DNA of 64,000 nt from Lama glama (lineage: Eukaryota), in the NCBI GenBank assembly GCA_028534125.1, contig CM052816.1:55306001-55370000 (forward strand), given 5' to 3'. Position numbers and translations under genes: made by a program. The notes under the pieces were generated by a model. The model searched no databases. It saw only the letters and a list, made by a program, of their open reading frames with translations, and was not told the DNA's origin. This document shows positions 50,810-62,611 of this stretch, piece after piece. Each line of letters starts with the position of its first letter. Positions within the stretch are counted from its first letter, which is position 1.

Positions 50810-51490
50810 GCTGGTATGAGAAGCACAAATACTCCCCAGTGGGCAACTAAGAAAAATGGTGAGAGAGCCCACTCCTACTTTAACTTCTTGGCTCCCAGAC
50901 CCATGTGTTCCGCCTACTGAAAACACAGTACCATATAGTAGTTATTACGCTGACAGCTTTTGGGTAACATAAAGTAGGACCACAGGATACTGTGGCTCCA
51001 AGTCCATTGCTATACCTCCATCACTGCAACATGGTTCCCTGATTCACAGCATTGTTAATAGGCTCCCATGAGAAGTCAGATACTCCATGTAATACGACTG
51101 GCTAAGGAGCTGTGGGGCGGGGAAGGAAAACCCACATCCAGAATATGCATTGATTCTAGGAAGAATGAATTGCTGTCTCCTCCAGGGTGGCAGGAGTCTG
51201 ATGTAATAAACCTGCCACCACATCTCCTCAAGGTGTGGTACCATAGCAAGGACTCAGCATCCATCTCTGCTGTTTACAGGTCGGACATTCAGCCACGGCC
51301 ATTGCCAGAGCATCTTCGGGGATCCCATGTTGCTGGGCCCCTGGTAGCCTCCATCCCTGCCACCATGGCCTCTAAATTCACTGACCTATTGTGCAAGCAC
51401 TGGAGTGACTAGACAGAGCCCCTGGCTGACTTCCACTGGAAAAGCCTTCCTCTCCATCTGGTTGATCTCTGGTTGATACTGATATGAGAG
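50810..51490 (-). mobile_element. ERVL pol (integrase) relic
   Basis: Minus strand: TPVLAQ*VSEFRGHGGRDGGY...AVAECPTCKQQRWMLSPCYGTTP*G/WWQVYYIRLLPPWRRQQFILPRINAYSGCGFSFPA. This matches the ERVL integrase HHCC domain and the WWQVDYIGPLP...GIDTYSGYGFAFPA motif. Confidence 0.85.
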
Positions 51491-51819
51491 CCAATGGGAA
51501 AGAAAAGAAAACTGTTGGAGAAGAGTGTACTGGAAATCAGAGGAAGTGAAGAGATTCTTCAACAATGTCAGATGAATTATGTTGGTCAGGGTTATTTCAA
51601 TTTTCTGTACTTCATTCTGACTAAAAGCAAGTTGGGATATCAATCTTTATTCCTTTTTCACTGGCTGTACTAACTGAATCCCTTAGGTCATAATAAAGAC
51701 TGTTGAATATTTTGGGTTACATGAGCATTATTCCTTATTATTTTTACTACTGCACACTGATCACTTGAAAAGATTTCCTTGCTTATGGGCGGAGCAGGGG
51801 AGATAACAATTTGTATTTT

Positions 51820-52025
51820 ATATGCCCTCACTTCTTTTGCTGTAAAATGAGCTCCGTGATGAAAAGGTTCTGTGGGATACCATAATGGTGTACAAGACTT
51901 TCTGTAAGTCCACAAATAGTGCTGTTGGCAGAAATACAGTGACCGAGAAGGCAAATTCATATCCAGAATGAGTGTCTTTTTCAGTGATAACAAATCACTG
52001 CCCTCTCCTTGATGGAGATAGATAT
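51820..52025 (-). mobile_element. Second ERVL integrase relic
   Basis: Minus strand: PSRRGQ*FVITEKDTHSGYEFAFS/SANSTICGLTESLVHHYGIPQN/HGAHFTAKEVRA. Confidence 0.8.
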
Positions 52026-54589
52026 AATTTTTCTTCTCTGTGCAAAGAATCTCTAGATGGTCAGGTAAACCCCTAGATTAAGATAGTTGCATTTAACTGG
52101 AATCTCCTTTGTTACTTCCTGGTTTGACCAAAACATCCCCCATGAAGCACAGGTTGGGGTTTCCTTGACATGGGATACAATCCAGGAAGACTCTCCAACC
52201 TTGAAAAATTTTGGAAACCTTAGATCTGAGAGAGCCTTGCTGAAATGAAATAATTTTTTCATTCAGCTTAAGAAGCCCTGGCAGTTTCCATCTCCCAGCA
52301 GGCGAAAGCAAAGTGATCAATTCTGCAAAGTATCTCTACTGAGAGCATTTTAATCAGCCAGAATGAGTACAGAGCAGCTGGCTCGCCACCAAAAATTCTC
52401 AGACATGTTTACACCCAATTGGAAAACAGTAAACACCGGGCACCAGGCCAGGTCCATTTGGTGTATTAATTTCTTAGTCTAAAATAGATCGTAGAGGCAA
52501 ACATTTTTTCTACTCTTATACACAAGAATACTTAGCCCTTTCTTCCTACCATCTAGACTATCTGAACAGAACTAGCTTACAGTAATCAAGATAGTCTTAA
52601 TATCCTATGCCATTTTTGTATACGAATCTACAAGACCAAGAATAGAAAGGGACAGAGAGAGAAGATGGGTGCTGAGAGTCAGCAGAGGGGAAGTTCATTT
52701 CATCTCCTTACCATTTTTGCTAATTTTTATGATAGGATCATTCATTCGATACTGAACATGTGACTATAACAGAGACTTCAACAGCAAAGCTTATGTATCT
52801 AGATGAAGGTAGACACCATGGAAGGAACGTAATTATTCCAGGAATACTGCCATTGTTCAAAACTATTTTTGAATTCCTTCTTTGGAATGTCTCTCAAGGC
52901 CATTGGGAAATTCAGTCTTATAGACCCAACTCACATTTAAGAGTGAAATGTTTCTCAGTTTATTCATTCATTTGTATCTGGCTTGACTCTGAATGATGTT
53001 TGGCAGTTTTAGAAATTAAAATCCACCCTCAAAAGACATTTCACCATCTCTAAGGATTCTCAAAGCAATATGTATATGAAGGATAGTCCAAGTGTAAGTT
53101 CCAAATACATCCTGACCAATTGTAGCATCATTGAAATAAGTATTTAGCCATCTAAGGGACTGCTCCAAAAGAGGCAGTATCCTTTTGGATGCAGAAATTC
53201 TCATGTTTGTTAAAAATTAGTCTTATTACTTTAGTAATATTTATAAATATTAGTAATGTTAGTAAAATTAGATAAAATCGGTAATACTTATCATTTTATA
53301 ATTTATCATAATGCAGAATAACTTTCCAATTCTTTCCATCCATATGGGGTCTTTTTGAAAACCATAGTATATGTGAGTTTTGGCAATTTATTAAACTCAC
53401 TGCTGATGGCCTATTTCTCAGATGTGTTCTCTTCATTCTATCTTCTCGTTTAATTCAGTTCAACTATGTTTATTTTCAAAACATGTTCCATGAAACACTG
53501 GATCCATAGATAAAGCACAGGCTCCATAATGGAATAAATTTAAGAAATGCAGCCTACTGTATTCCCTCCTAGACAGCCACATGTATGTAAGCACATCAGG
53601 GGTGCCCTAGAGCTCAGTTCTAGCTGATATTTTGGGGGGTGGGGTAAGTCCTCCCAGTCTTGAAAAAACCTTGCAAACATAAAGAACATAATTTTCGGCT
53701 CCTTTTAATAAAAGCAAGATCAAGGAGGAGATAAATGTTACTTAGCCAAATCACGCCCAGGATGACTACTTTGTAAGAAAAAAAATTTTTAAGTTAATAA
53801 AAGATTATACCCTTCTTATTTGAGATAGGGTGTTTTGGTCACTAGGGAAAAAAAAGTTTGCTGTAGTTAGGTACACTTTGCCCTTGGATAGCTCAGGAGA
53901 AAATGAGCTGTGGCTGCCACTGGTAAGGTGACGACACTCATTATCTTCCTTTTACTCTACAGACCAAAGCACATGCCCCACCTTCCCTTTCCACCCTTGT
54001 AACCAGCAAAGCCTGGGGAGAAGAAATCTTTCAGCCTCCTTCCAGTGTAAGGCACCAGACTTTTTAAGACACGAGGAGAGTCTTTAGGACTATGATGCCT
54101 CCCTGGCGTGGAAAGGGGTGGAGTTTTCCAAGGGAAGGGATGGAGAAAATAGATTGTAGGTTGTGGGTTCTGAATTGCGACTGCAGAAAGAGAAAGCCAA
54201 AGTGAGATAAAGAGGAATATGGAGTGAGTGATCACTCTAAAGAAAAAACTTGGTGACTTCTCTTTCCTCAGCACCACTCCCAGAGGGACTAAGTCAGTTG
54301 GATCAGAACATAACTCATAATTCTCATGCTTTATATTGATTAAGATGTCCCAATGGACATTGATGTTTATTCCCTTTGGCACCTCCAAATTTTTCCTGTT
54401 AGGGGAAAGTTCTCAGTTGTATAAAACTGTGTGGGAGTTCAATTAAAGAAGCCAAGAGCAACCCAAGACCACCTCTCCCCACCCCTGGAAGTTGACGCAT
54501 GGGCACCAACAAGACTCAGCCAATCAGTATCTCACACTTGGATCTTTCAGTCTTGAGCAAACTATGCAAAGATAAAAGATTAGTAACAC

Positions 54590-56300
54590 ACACTATTATA
54601 AATTTTTTTAAGCAAAATACAGTAAATTTCACTCATTTTATTATTCAGTTCTTCCAGATCTCACAGGATGGATTCATATATCTATGACCATAATTAAGAC
54701 ACAGAACATTTCTATTCACCCCAAAAAACTCCTCCATGCTGGGCCTTTGTAGTCAAACCCTTGCCCCAGCAACCGCTGATCTGATCTCTGTCCCAACAGT
54801 TTTGCTTTCCCAAAATGTTATATAAAATATGTAACCTTTTGAATCTGTCTTGTTTCACTTCGGATAATATATTTAAAATTCATCTATTTTGTTAAGTGTA
54901 TCAGTGGTTCACTCATTTTTACTACTATGTAATATTTCATTCTTATTCATGATAATGAAAAGGACCTAGAATAGTTTATATTTTTTCAAAAAGGGAGAGT
55001 TGTACAATCTAATTTCAAGATTGACTATAAAGCTATAGTCATCAAGATAGTATGGAATTGGTGAAAGGATAATCACATAAATCACAGAACTGACTAGAGA
55101 TCAGAAATTAACACATAATAGGCAATTAATTTCTGACAAAGATGTAAATGCAACTCAGTGGATAAAAGATGGCCTTTCTTATAAAAGTGCTGGAGTAATT
55201 GGCTATCCATATGCCAAAACCTCAAACCCTTACCTCTACCTCACACCTATTCTTTTAATATTCGTATGGTCTATAGTGACATCTCCTCTTTCATTCCTGA
55301 TTTGGTAATACGTGTCTTCTCCCCACTGCCCTCTGGTCAATCCATGTAAAGATTTATGAATTTTTAAAAATCTTTACAAAGAACTTTTAGTTTCACTGGT
55401 ATTATTGTCTGCAATTTTTATCTCTCCTCTAAATTTCCATTTTTCTGCTTGCTTTGGATTTCTTTCTTTTTTTCCCCCCCTAGTTTCTTAATGTGGAGGC
55501 TTGGATACTATAAGGGCTTTCCTTTTTCTAACATAAACATTTAATGCTATAAATCTTACCCTAAGCACTGCTTTACCTGCCTCCCATAAATTGTGATGTT
55601 CTTTTCCTTTTCACTTTATTCAAAATACACTCTAATCTTCTCTGTGACTTGTTTAAAATCTATTTATTATTTACAAGTGTGTTATTTAATTTCTAAACAC
55701 CTGATGATTTTCCAGATATCTTTTAGTACTGATTTCTTATATAACTTCATTATGGTTAGAGAACATAGTTTTTATTATTTTAATTCTTTAATTTTTAAAG
55801 TTTTTTCTATGATCTAAATAGGAACTATGTTAGTGAATATTTTGTATTATTAAATGTATGTGTTTTACAGTCATTGCCTGAAATTTTCTATAAATATCTA
55901 TTATATCAAGTTGACTGATAACCTTGTTCAGGTCTACAGATACTATATTTTTCAGTTCTAAAATTTATGTTAGTTTCTTTTTTTTTTATAATATCTACTT
56001 CTCTACTGAGAATTTCTATTTTCCCATTTATTTTAAGAGTGCTCACCATTACTTCATGGAGCATGGTTATTATAGCTACTTTAAGTCTTTTTCTGGTAAT
56101 TCCAACATCTGGGTCATCTTAATGTTACCCTCTGCTGATTCTGCTGATTATCGTTTCCTGGGATTTGGTGGGTTGTTTTTGTTTTTGTTTGCATATTAAT
56201 CATATGTTTAAAATTCTTTATATATTGGATACTTTTGGATCCTATAGTGAGCATTTTGAATACTATTTTATGAAACACTGAGTCTTATTAAAATCCTCCG
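54590..56300. mobile_element. Old L1 fragments in mixed orientation
   Basis: 54590-54950 is a 3'UTR (minus); 54950-55250 is ORF2 (plus; ctataaagctatagtcatcaagatagtatgg); 55250-56300 is ORF2/ORF1 (minus). Confidence 0.65.
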
Positions 56301-56304
56301 GGGA

Positions 56305-57647
56305 CAATTTAAAAATGGGAAGAAAATCTGAATAGACATTTTTCCAGAGAAGACATACAGATGGTCAAAAGCACATGAGAAAATGCTCGACACCACTAAT
56401 GATCAGGGAAATGGAAATCAAAACCACAATGAGATATTATCTTACACTTGTCAGAATGGCTATTACCAAAAGGACAACAAATAACAAGTGTTGGTGAAGC
56501 TATGGAGAAAAGAGAACCCTCATGTACCATTAGTGGAAATGCAAACTGGTGTAGCCAGTATGGAAAACAGTATGAAGGTTCTTCAAAAAACTAAAAATAC
56601 AACTAACATACAACCTAGCAATTCCACTCTTGGATATTTTTCCAAAGAAAATGAAAACACTAATTAGAAATATATATGCACTCCTATGTTCACTGCAGAA
56701 TTATCTACAATAGACAACATATGGAAGCAACCTAAGTGTCCATCAATAGATAAATGGATTAAAAAAAAGTGGTATAGATATACAATGGAATATTACTCAG
56801 CCATCAAAAGAATGAAATCTTGCCATTTGTGAGAACATGGATGGACCTAGAGTGTATTATGCTAACTGAAATAAGTCAGACAGAGAAAGCCAAATATTGT
56901 ATAATTTAACTTATACTTGAAATCTAAAAAACAAATTAATCAACAAACACAATAAAACAGAAACAGACTCATACATACAGAGAATAAATAGGTGGTTGCC
57001 AGAGGGGAGAAGAGTAAGAGCGCGAGAGAAATAGGTAAGGGAGATTAAGAGGGACAAACTTCCAGTTACAAAATGAATGAGTTATGGGTATAAAACATAC
57101 AGTGTGGGGAATATAGTCAGTGATTACATAATATCTTTGTAATATCTTTGGTGACAGATGGTAAATAGACTTATCGTGGTGATCATTTTGAAGTGTACAG
57201 AAATACTGAATTATGATATCATGCACTAGAAACTAACATACTGCTGTAGGTCAGTTATACTTCAAAACAAACAAATGAACAAACCTATAGAAAAAGAGAT
57301 AGATTTGTGGTTACCAGAGTTTGGGGGTGGGGTGGGGAGAATTGGATGAAGGCAGTTGAAAGGTACAAATTCCCAGTCATAAGATAAATAAGTACTATGG
57401 ACATAAAATACAACATGATAAATATAATTAAAGTTGTTAAGAGAGTAAATCCTAAGGGTTCTTATCACAAGAAAATTTTTTTCTATTTCTTTAGTATTGT
57501 ATCCATATGAGATGATAGATGATCACTAAACTTACTATGAAATCATTTCATGATGTATATAAGTCAAATCATTACGCTGTACACCTTAATTAAACTTATA
57601 GAGTGCTGCTGTATGTCAACTATATCTCAATAAAATTGGAAGAAAAA
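56305..57647 (+). mobile_element. L1 (L1MA9/laurasiatherian-type) ORF2 end and 3'UTR
   Basis: aaaatgggaagaaaatctgaatagacattttt...cacttgtcagaatggctatt...ctatatctcaataaaattggaagaaaaa. Confidence 0.9.
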
Positions 57648-57649
57648 CT

Positions 57650-58630
57650 CTTCTAGGGAATCTAATTTTTCTTAGCAGACAATCAACCTGGCTTGTTTTG
57701 AACCACAAAGTCTACCTTGCCTGCTGTGGGTATCAGGGTATTAGTTCCAGTATCAGTCCATTTTTAAAACCTTCACTATGCTGTTTGGGTCTGCCTGATA
57801 AAGACCTGGAAGTTAGATCTGGTCATTGTATTATATGGCAGCTTACTTCTTGAATTCTTTGTCTTTGGGTCTGGTCTACATGTGCCCATCTTGGAGGTGA
57901 GCCTGGACCTAATGTTGGTTGGTGCAGATAATTAAGGTATCCTCATCTCCAGTCTTCTGTATCTGGTGTTTCGATCACACTTTGGTTCACAGTGACTTGT
58001 TTTTCCCAGTTCCTGGCCAGAAAGATGGGGTGCTAGCCTCCTGTGCTTTTGTGCAGTTCCACATCATGGGTGCTGCCTTCAGAATAAAGAAGAGAAGGAA
58101 ACAAGGGGGAAGAATAAGAGGACTTCCTCACACTTTTTGGATGGGGGCCCCTTTTTCCAGTTCCTTTAGCCCAGAACTCAGTCTTCTCTTGGGGTAGAGG
58201 TGACTTCATCAGAGTGGTGGCAGTGTGATGCCATGACTGAGGCAGGCTCTAAGTCAGGAATAGACAGGAAAAAATATAAAAAATGAAAGAAAAGAATTTT
58301 CCTCTGCACTTTCTGGAAAGCAGGGTCCCTTTTCCTTGTCCTCTGGATAGAAAGAGATATTTCTCAAGTTTTCCTGTCAACACTTGCTTTCTGGTTGCAC
58401 GTGTCAGCTGGCCCCCAGTTCAAAGCCAGAAGTCAAAGAGGGAAAAAAACCCAAAACGTCAAACTCTTCCTCGCTACATGCTGTTAATCAAGTTTTGACC
58501 TCAGTCTCTGTTTCTCATATTATTGTTTACTTTTCAGAGTCCTCCAGTAATTACCTTTTCTGTGCTGTCCAGACTTTGAGCTGTGATCAATGAGATATGC
58601 TGTAGTCTACACACTACATCTTGGCCAGCA
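57650..58630 (-). mobile_element. Old L1 5' region (continuation of the 55250-56300 element)
   Basis: Ends acatcttggccag, the reverse complement of an L1 5'-like ctggccaagatg; composition fits an old L1 5'UTR. Confidence 0.45.
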
Positions 58631-60063
58631 GGGCAGTTTCAGTAACAAACATTTCTTTATCCAATCAACAGGGAGCAATTTACTTGGCCTGCTGACACAT
58701 GTATCAGTGAAGGCATTAGTAACAACTTGATTATCGAACACTAATTTCCCAGGATACTTGCTCAAAGGCCAAAAAGACAACATGACTTAAGCTACACTAC
58801 ACTCACAAAGCCACAAAAGTGGATGTGGACAAACCATTAGCCTAAGTAGGAAAGCAGTTTCCCAGTTCTCGGTCAGCTTTATGAATTAGTTCTCTTGCTA
58901 TTTTGTTTGTTTATTTTACAACAATTCACGTCCTGCACCATTTCTTAATATGTAAAAAAACATTGATACACTTCTGCTCAAATAATTCTCCTATCTCCAC
59001 AGATCCTCTTGGCAGCAATAAAAACGCAACATAAAATAAAAGACTCCAAATGAGACTTTTAACAAAACAAACAAAAAAGGAGGGTCTGGATGTACTCTTA
59101 GGGAAAAGACTATTTAGAGAATACCCATTTCCATATTTTAGGACAATAAAACTGAAGCCAAGAGAGGTGATGTGTTTTATTCAAGGTCAATCATCTAACT
59201 CCTTGTTGCTCATGTTTCAGAATTTAGTATAGCAGTTACAGATGGACTAATTCATTTTAAGGAATGCTGCTTTGTGATTTGGAGGTTTGTAGATTATAAA
59301 TCTTTTCCAATGTTGAGCAGACAGGTTGGAAAAACCAAAGACTGAAAATAGTAGGAGTAAAGAACAAGAAAATGAATGAGCTGAAAGAGGATGGAATATT
59401 ACATCTTGAAAAAAAAGAGGAGGAGGAAGGAATGCAGAAAAGCAGAAAAGATTTGTTTTTGTGGAAGCATTATTTTAAATTCCATAGCAAATTCTATCAG
59501 GAACAAAATTTTTGCCATTTGGGAGAAAAGTCACATAAAAATAATACCCACCAACAGTTGTACCCACCTAAAAGCCAGTTGCCAATTAAAAAGTACTTAA
59601 TTTATTTTATTTCTCTCTCAAGCTGTATCCCAAACTCTAGACTTCTTCATCCACACCCCAGTGAATTGTTAGTTCAACTCTGTTCCTGAAGTGTTTAGTC
59701 TTTGTTAGCTTTCACATTAGAATACGATCTTGCTCATGTAGATAATTCTGGTACTAACGGGCACTTCAACCAACCCTGTGCAGAGGTAGCCAAACTCTCT
59801 ATTCCAAGTCAGATTTCTTAATTTGAATGACACAATGCCAACCTTAACAACAGAATCTTCCTTTAATCCAGTATCCTGAAAATAGAGAATGAATAAAAGT
59901 AACCTGCAATGTAACCTGATAAGCTAACTCGTTTTAAGAAGTTACTGACCAGAATACTTGGTCTCCTTTTCCAGAGTACTTGAGTATTAAGAGGGATATC
60001 TAGCTGCTATTATGCTTTAGTCCTTAGAAATAAATTACAAATGGTGGGAATATATGCATAACA

Positions 60064-60380
60064 TGTATCAGTTAGGGTATAAGATTAGGTCCAGCTATAG
60101 AAAAGGGCAAAGAAACAATAGCTTAAACAAGTCAGACGTTTTTCTCTCTGTCACATAACTGACTGAGGTAGGCAACCTAGGTTAACAGAGCTGCTCCATG
60201 GTGCTGGAGACCCTAATTCTTTCTGTCTCATGGCTTAGCTAGTCTTAGCACACAGCTGCTATCTCACAGTCTAATGTAGCTGCTCCAGCTCCGGCCATCA
60301 CATCTAAATTCCACCTTGTGGGTAGAGGAGAGCAGAAGGAAAGATCATATGCCTCTTCTTTTAAAGGCACAACCCAGAAT
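60064..60380 (-). mobile_element. MLT1 LTR fragment
   Basis: tgtatcagttagggtataag...gcttaaacaag...gctgctccagctccggccatcacatctaaattcca. Confidence 0.65.
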
Positions 60381-60410
60381 GCATATAGGGTCATCATTTA
60401 TAACAATGTA

Positions 60411-60579
60411 TCTGTGTCTGTTTTGTAAATAAGTTCATTTGTCTTTTTTTTAGATCCCACATATAAGTGATATACAGTATTTTTCTTCTCTTTCTGGCTT
60501 ACTTCACTTAGAATGACAATCTCCAGGCCCATCCATGTGACTATACTTCAGTTAAAAACAAACAAACAAACAAACAAAA
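60411..60579 (+). mobile_element. Short 5'-inverted young L1 insertion inside an L1MC 3' end
   Basis: 60411-~60537 is antisense L1 (tagatcccacatataagtgata...cttcacttagaatgacaatctccaggcccatccatg), followed by the sense terminus tgactatacttcagttaaaaac(aaac)n. Candidate TSD aacaatgta (60402-60410) / aataatgta (60580-60588). Confidence 0.7.
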
Positions 60580-60720
60580 AATAATGTACCACTCTGGTGG
60601 GGGGTGTTGATAATGGGGGAGGCTATGCATCTGTAGGGGCAGGGGGTATGTACATGGGAAGTCTCTGCATCTTCCCCGCAATTTTGCTGTGAACTGAAAC
60701 TGCTCTAAAGAAAAAAGTCA
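60580..60720 (+). mobile_element. L1MC-type 3' end
   Basis: aatgtaccactctggtggggggtgttgataatgggggaggctatgc...ttttgctgtgaactgaaactgctctaaa. Confidence 0.75.
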
Positions 60721-60812
60721 AGGCAGGCAGGCAGGCAGGCAGAAGAAAGAAAGGAAGGAAGGAAGGAAGGAAGGAAGGAAGGAAGGAAGGAAGGAAAGAA
60801 GGAAGAGAAAGA
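60721..60812 (+). repeat. (AGGC)5 plus (GGAA)n purine-rich simple repeat
   Basis: Seen directly. Confidence 0.95.
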
Positions 60813-61162
60813 TTACAACCAACTATAAAAAAAAAGAAAAAAGTAGAAAAACAGATGTAAGATCTTAGGGAAGTAATAAAGCAAACACAAAATTACATTT
60901 AAAAAACATTCTTGTGACCTAAGGGTCATCCACTTCATTTATAAAGTAACAAAAGATTAAGAATCTCTTGCAATTTAAATCCATTTAGTCATTAAACCTT
61001 CCAACCTTGTTTTCTCATCATGAAATAGTGCTGTAACTCCTACAAGAATTATTTGCCCTTTCCTCTAATTCTCTTTTAATGATTTGGTACAAGGCGACTC
61101 TAATAGGCAGGAGGGCAGTCACACTTTGAAGAAAGAAACACACCCATTAAGAAGTAAATCAA

Positions 61163-61916
61163 CAGAGAAATTAAATACTACAATAGAAAAACTAGATTTG
61201 GTGGATATTTTCAGAGCTTTACACCCCCAAAAAATAGAATATACATTCTTTTCAAGTGCACATGGAACATTTTNNNNNNNNNNNNNNNNNNNNNNNNNNN
61301 NNNNNNNNNNNNNNNNNNNNNNNNNNNNNNNNNNNNNNNNNNNNNNNNNNNNNNNNNNNNNNNNNNNNNNNNNNNNNNNNNNNNNNNNNNNNNNNNNNNN
61401 NNNNNNNNNNNNNNNNNNNNNNNNNNNNNNNNNNNNNNNNNNNNNNNNNNNNNNNNNNNNNNNNNNNNNNNNNNNNNNNNNNNNNNNNNNNNNNNNNNNN
61501 NNNNNNNNNNNNNNNNNNNNNNNNNNNNNNNNNNNNNNNNNNNNNNNNNNNNNNNNNNNNNNNNNNNNNNNNNNNNNNNNNNNNNNNNNNNNNNNNNNNN
61601 NNNNNNNNNNNNNNNNNNNNNNNNNNNNNNNNNNNNNNNNNNNNNNNNNNNNNNNNNNNNNNNNNNNNNNNNNNNNNNNNNNNNNNNNNNNNNNNNNNNN
61701 NNNNNNNNNNNNNNNNNNNNNNNNNNNNNNNNNNNNNNNNNNNNNNNNNNNNNNNNNNNNNNNNNNNNNNNNNAATGTTATGATAAATCACAGAGAAAAA
61801 AATGTGACAATGAGTGTGTATATGTCCATGAATGAGTGAAAAATTGTGCTGAACACTGGAATTTGACACAACACTGTAAAATGATTATGAATCAATAAAA
61901 AATGTAAAAAAAAAAA
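61163..61916 (+). mobile_element. Young 5'-truncated L1 spanning the assembly gap
   Basis: Perfect 14-bp TSD AAGAAGTAAATCAA (61149-61162 / 61917-61930). Left part encodes ORF2 endonuclease TEKLNTTIEKLDLVDIFRALHPQKIEYTFFSSAHGTF; right part is 3'UTR, AATAAA and poly(A). Confidence 0.9.
61274..61773. other. Assembly gap (500 N)
   Basis: Run of N. Confidence 1.
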
Positions 61917-62089
61917 AAGAAGTAAATCAAGTGTGACAGAGATCTTGTCTCTGAGGTATCAGATAGAGTCTTTGTGAACTGTGTATGGCCTGCAAATTTT
62001 GTTGTGAACCAAGAGGACCAATAACTGCTACGAAACAATTTTAGTCCCATCAAAGCAAAGGTATCATATATTAAGAAAAACAATGCCTG

Positions 62090-62610
62090 AAGGCACAGAT
62101 GAATGAAAGAACCAGACATTACTTCAATGGTGCCTGTTAAACATATATAGAACGTGTTAAGCACAGTACTGGTACTAGAAATCACACAGCTGAAAAAGTG
62201 AGGTTTCTTTCTCTAGGGAACTTACAGTCTTGAGGGGAGACATCCTTGTACATGTAATTTCAGCACAGGATGATAATTACAGGACTAAAGTTCACTTCCC
62301 TGGGAAGAGACCTTAGGAGGAAGTAGGGCAGGGGCATGGGAAGGTTTGCTGGAATACACAGGGCTGAATTCAGACTTGAACTAAAAGACAAAGGAAGGCA
62401 GGCGAAGAAGAGGAGGAAAGACATTCAAGCTAGAAGGGACAGTTGAGTGAAGGCATGGAGACCTGAAAAGACATGGTGCAGGCTGTGTGCGACTGCCAGA
62501 GCAGGGCAGAGGTCAGGCTTGGAAGGGAGAGATTTGGGAGTCAACTGCGTTTTAAGTAGTGTGATACTTCTGGGATTTTGTTCCACCTGACCTATTAAAA
62601 TCACTGGACA
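62090..62610 (-). mobile_element. L2 fragment
   Basis: aagcacagtactggtactag...ggaacttacagtcttgagggg...gacattcaagctagaagggacag..aaggcatggag. Confidence 0.65.
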
Positions 62611-62611
62611 G

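Noticed and set aside
61084..61869. Long ORFs of 175-251 aa
   Set aside because: Artefacts of translating through the N gap.
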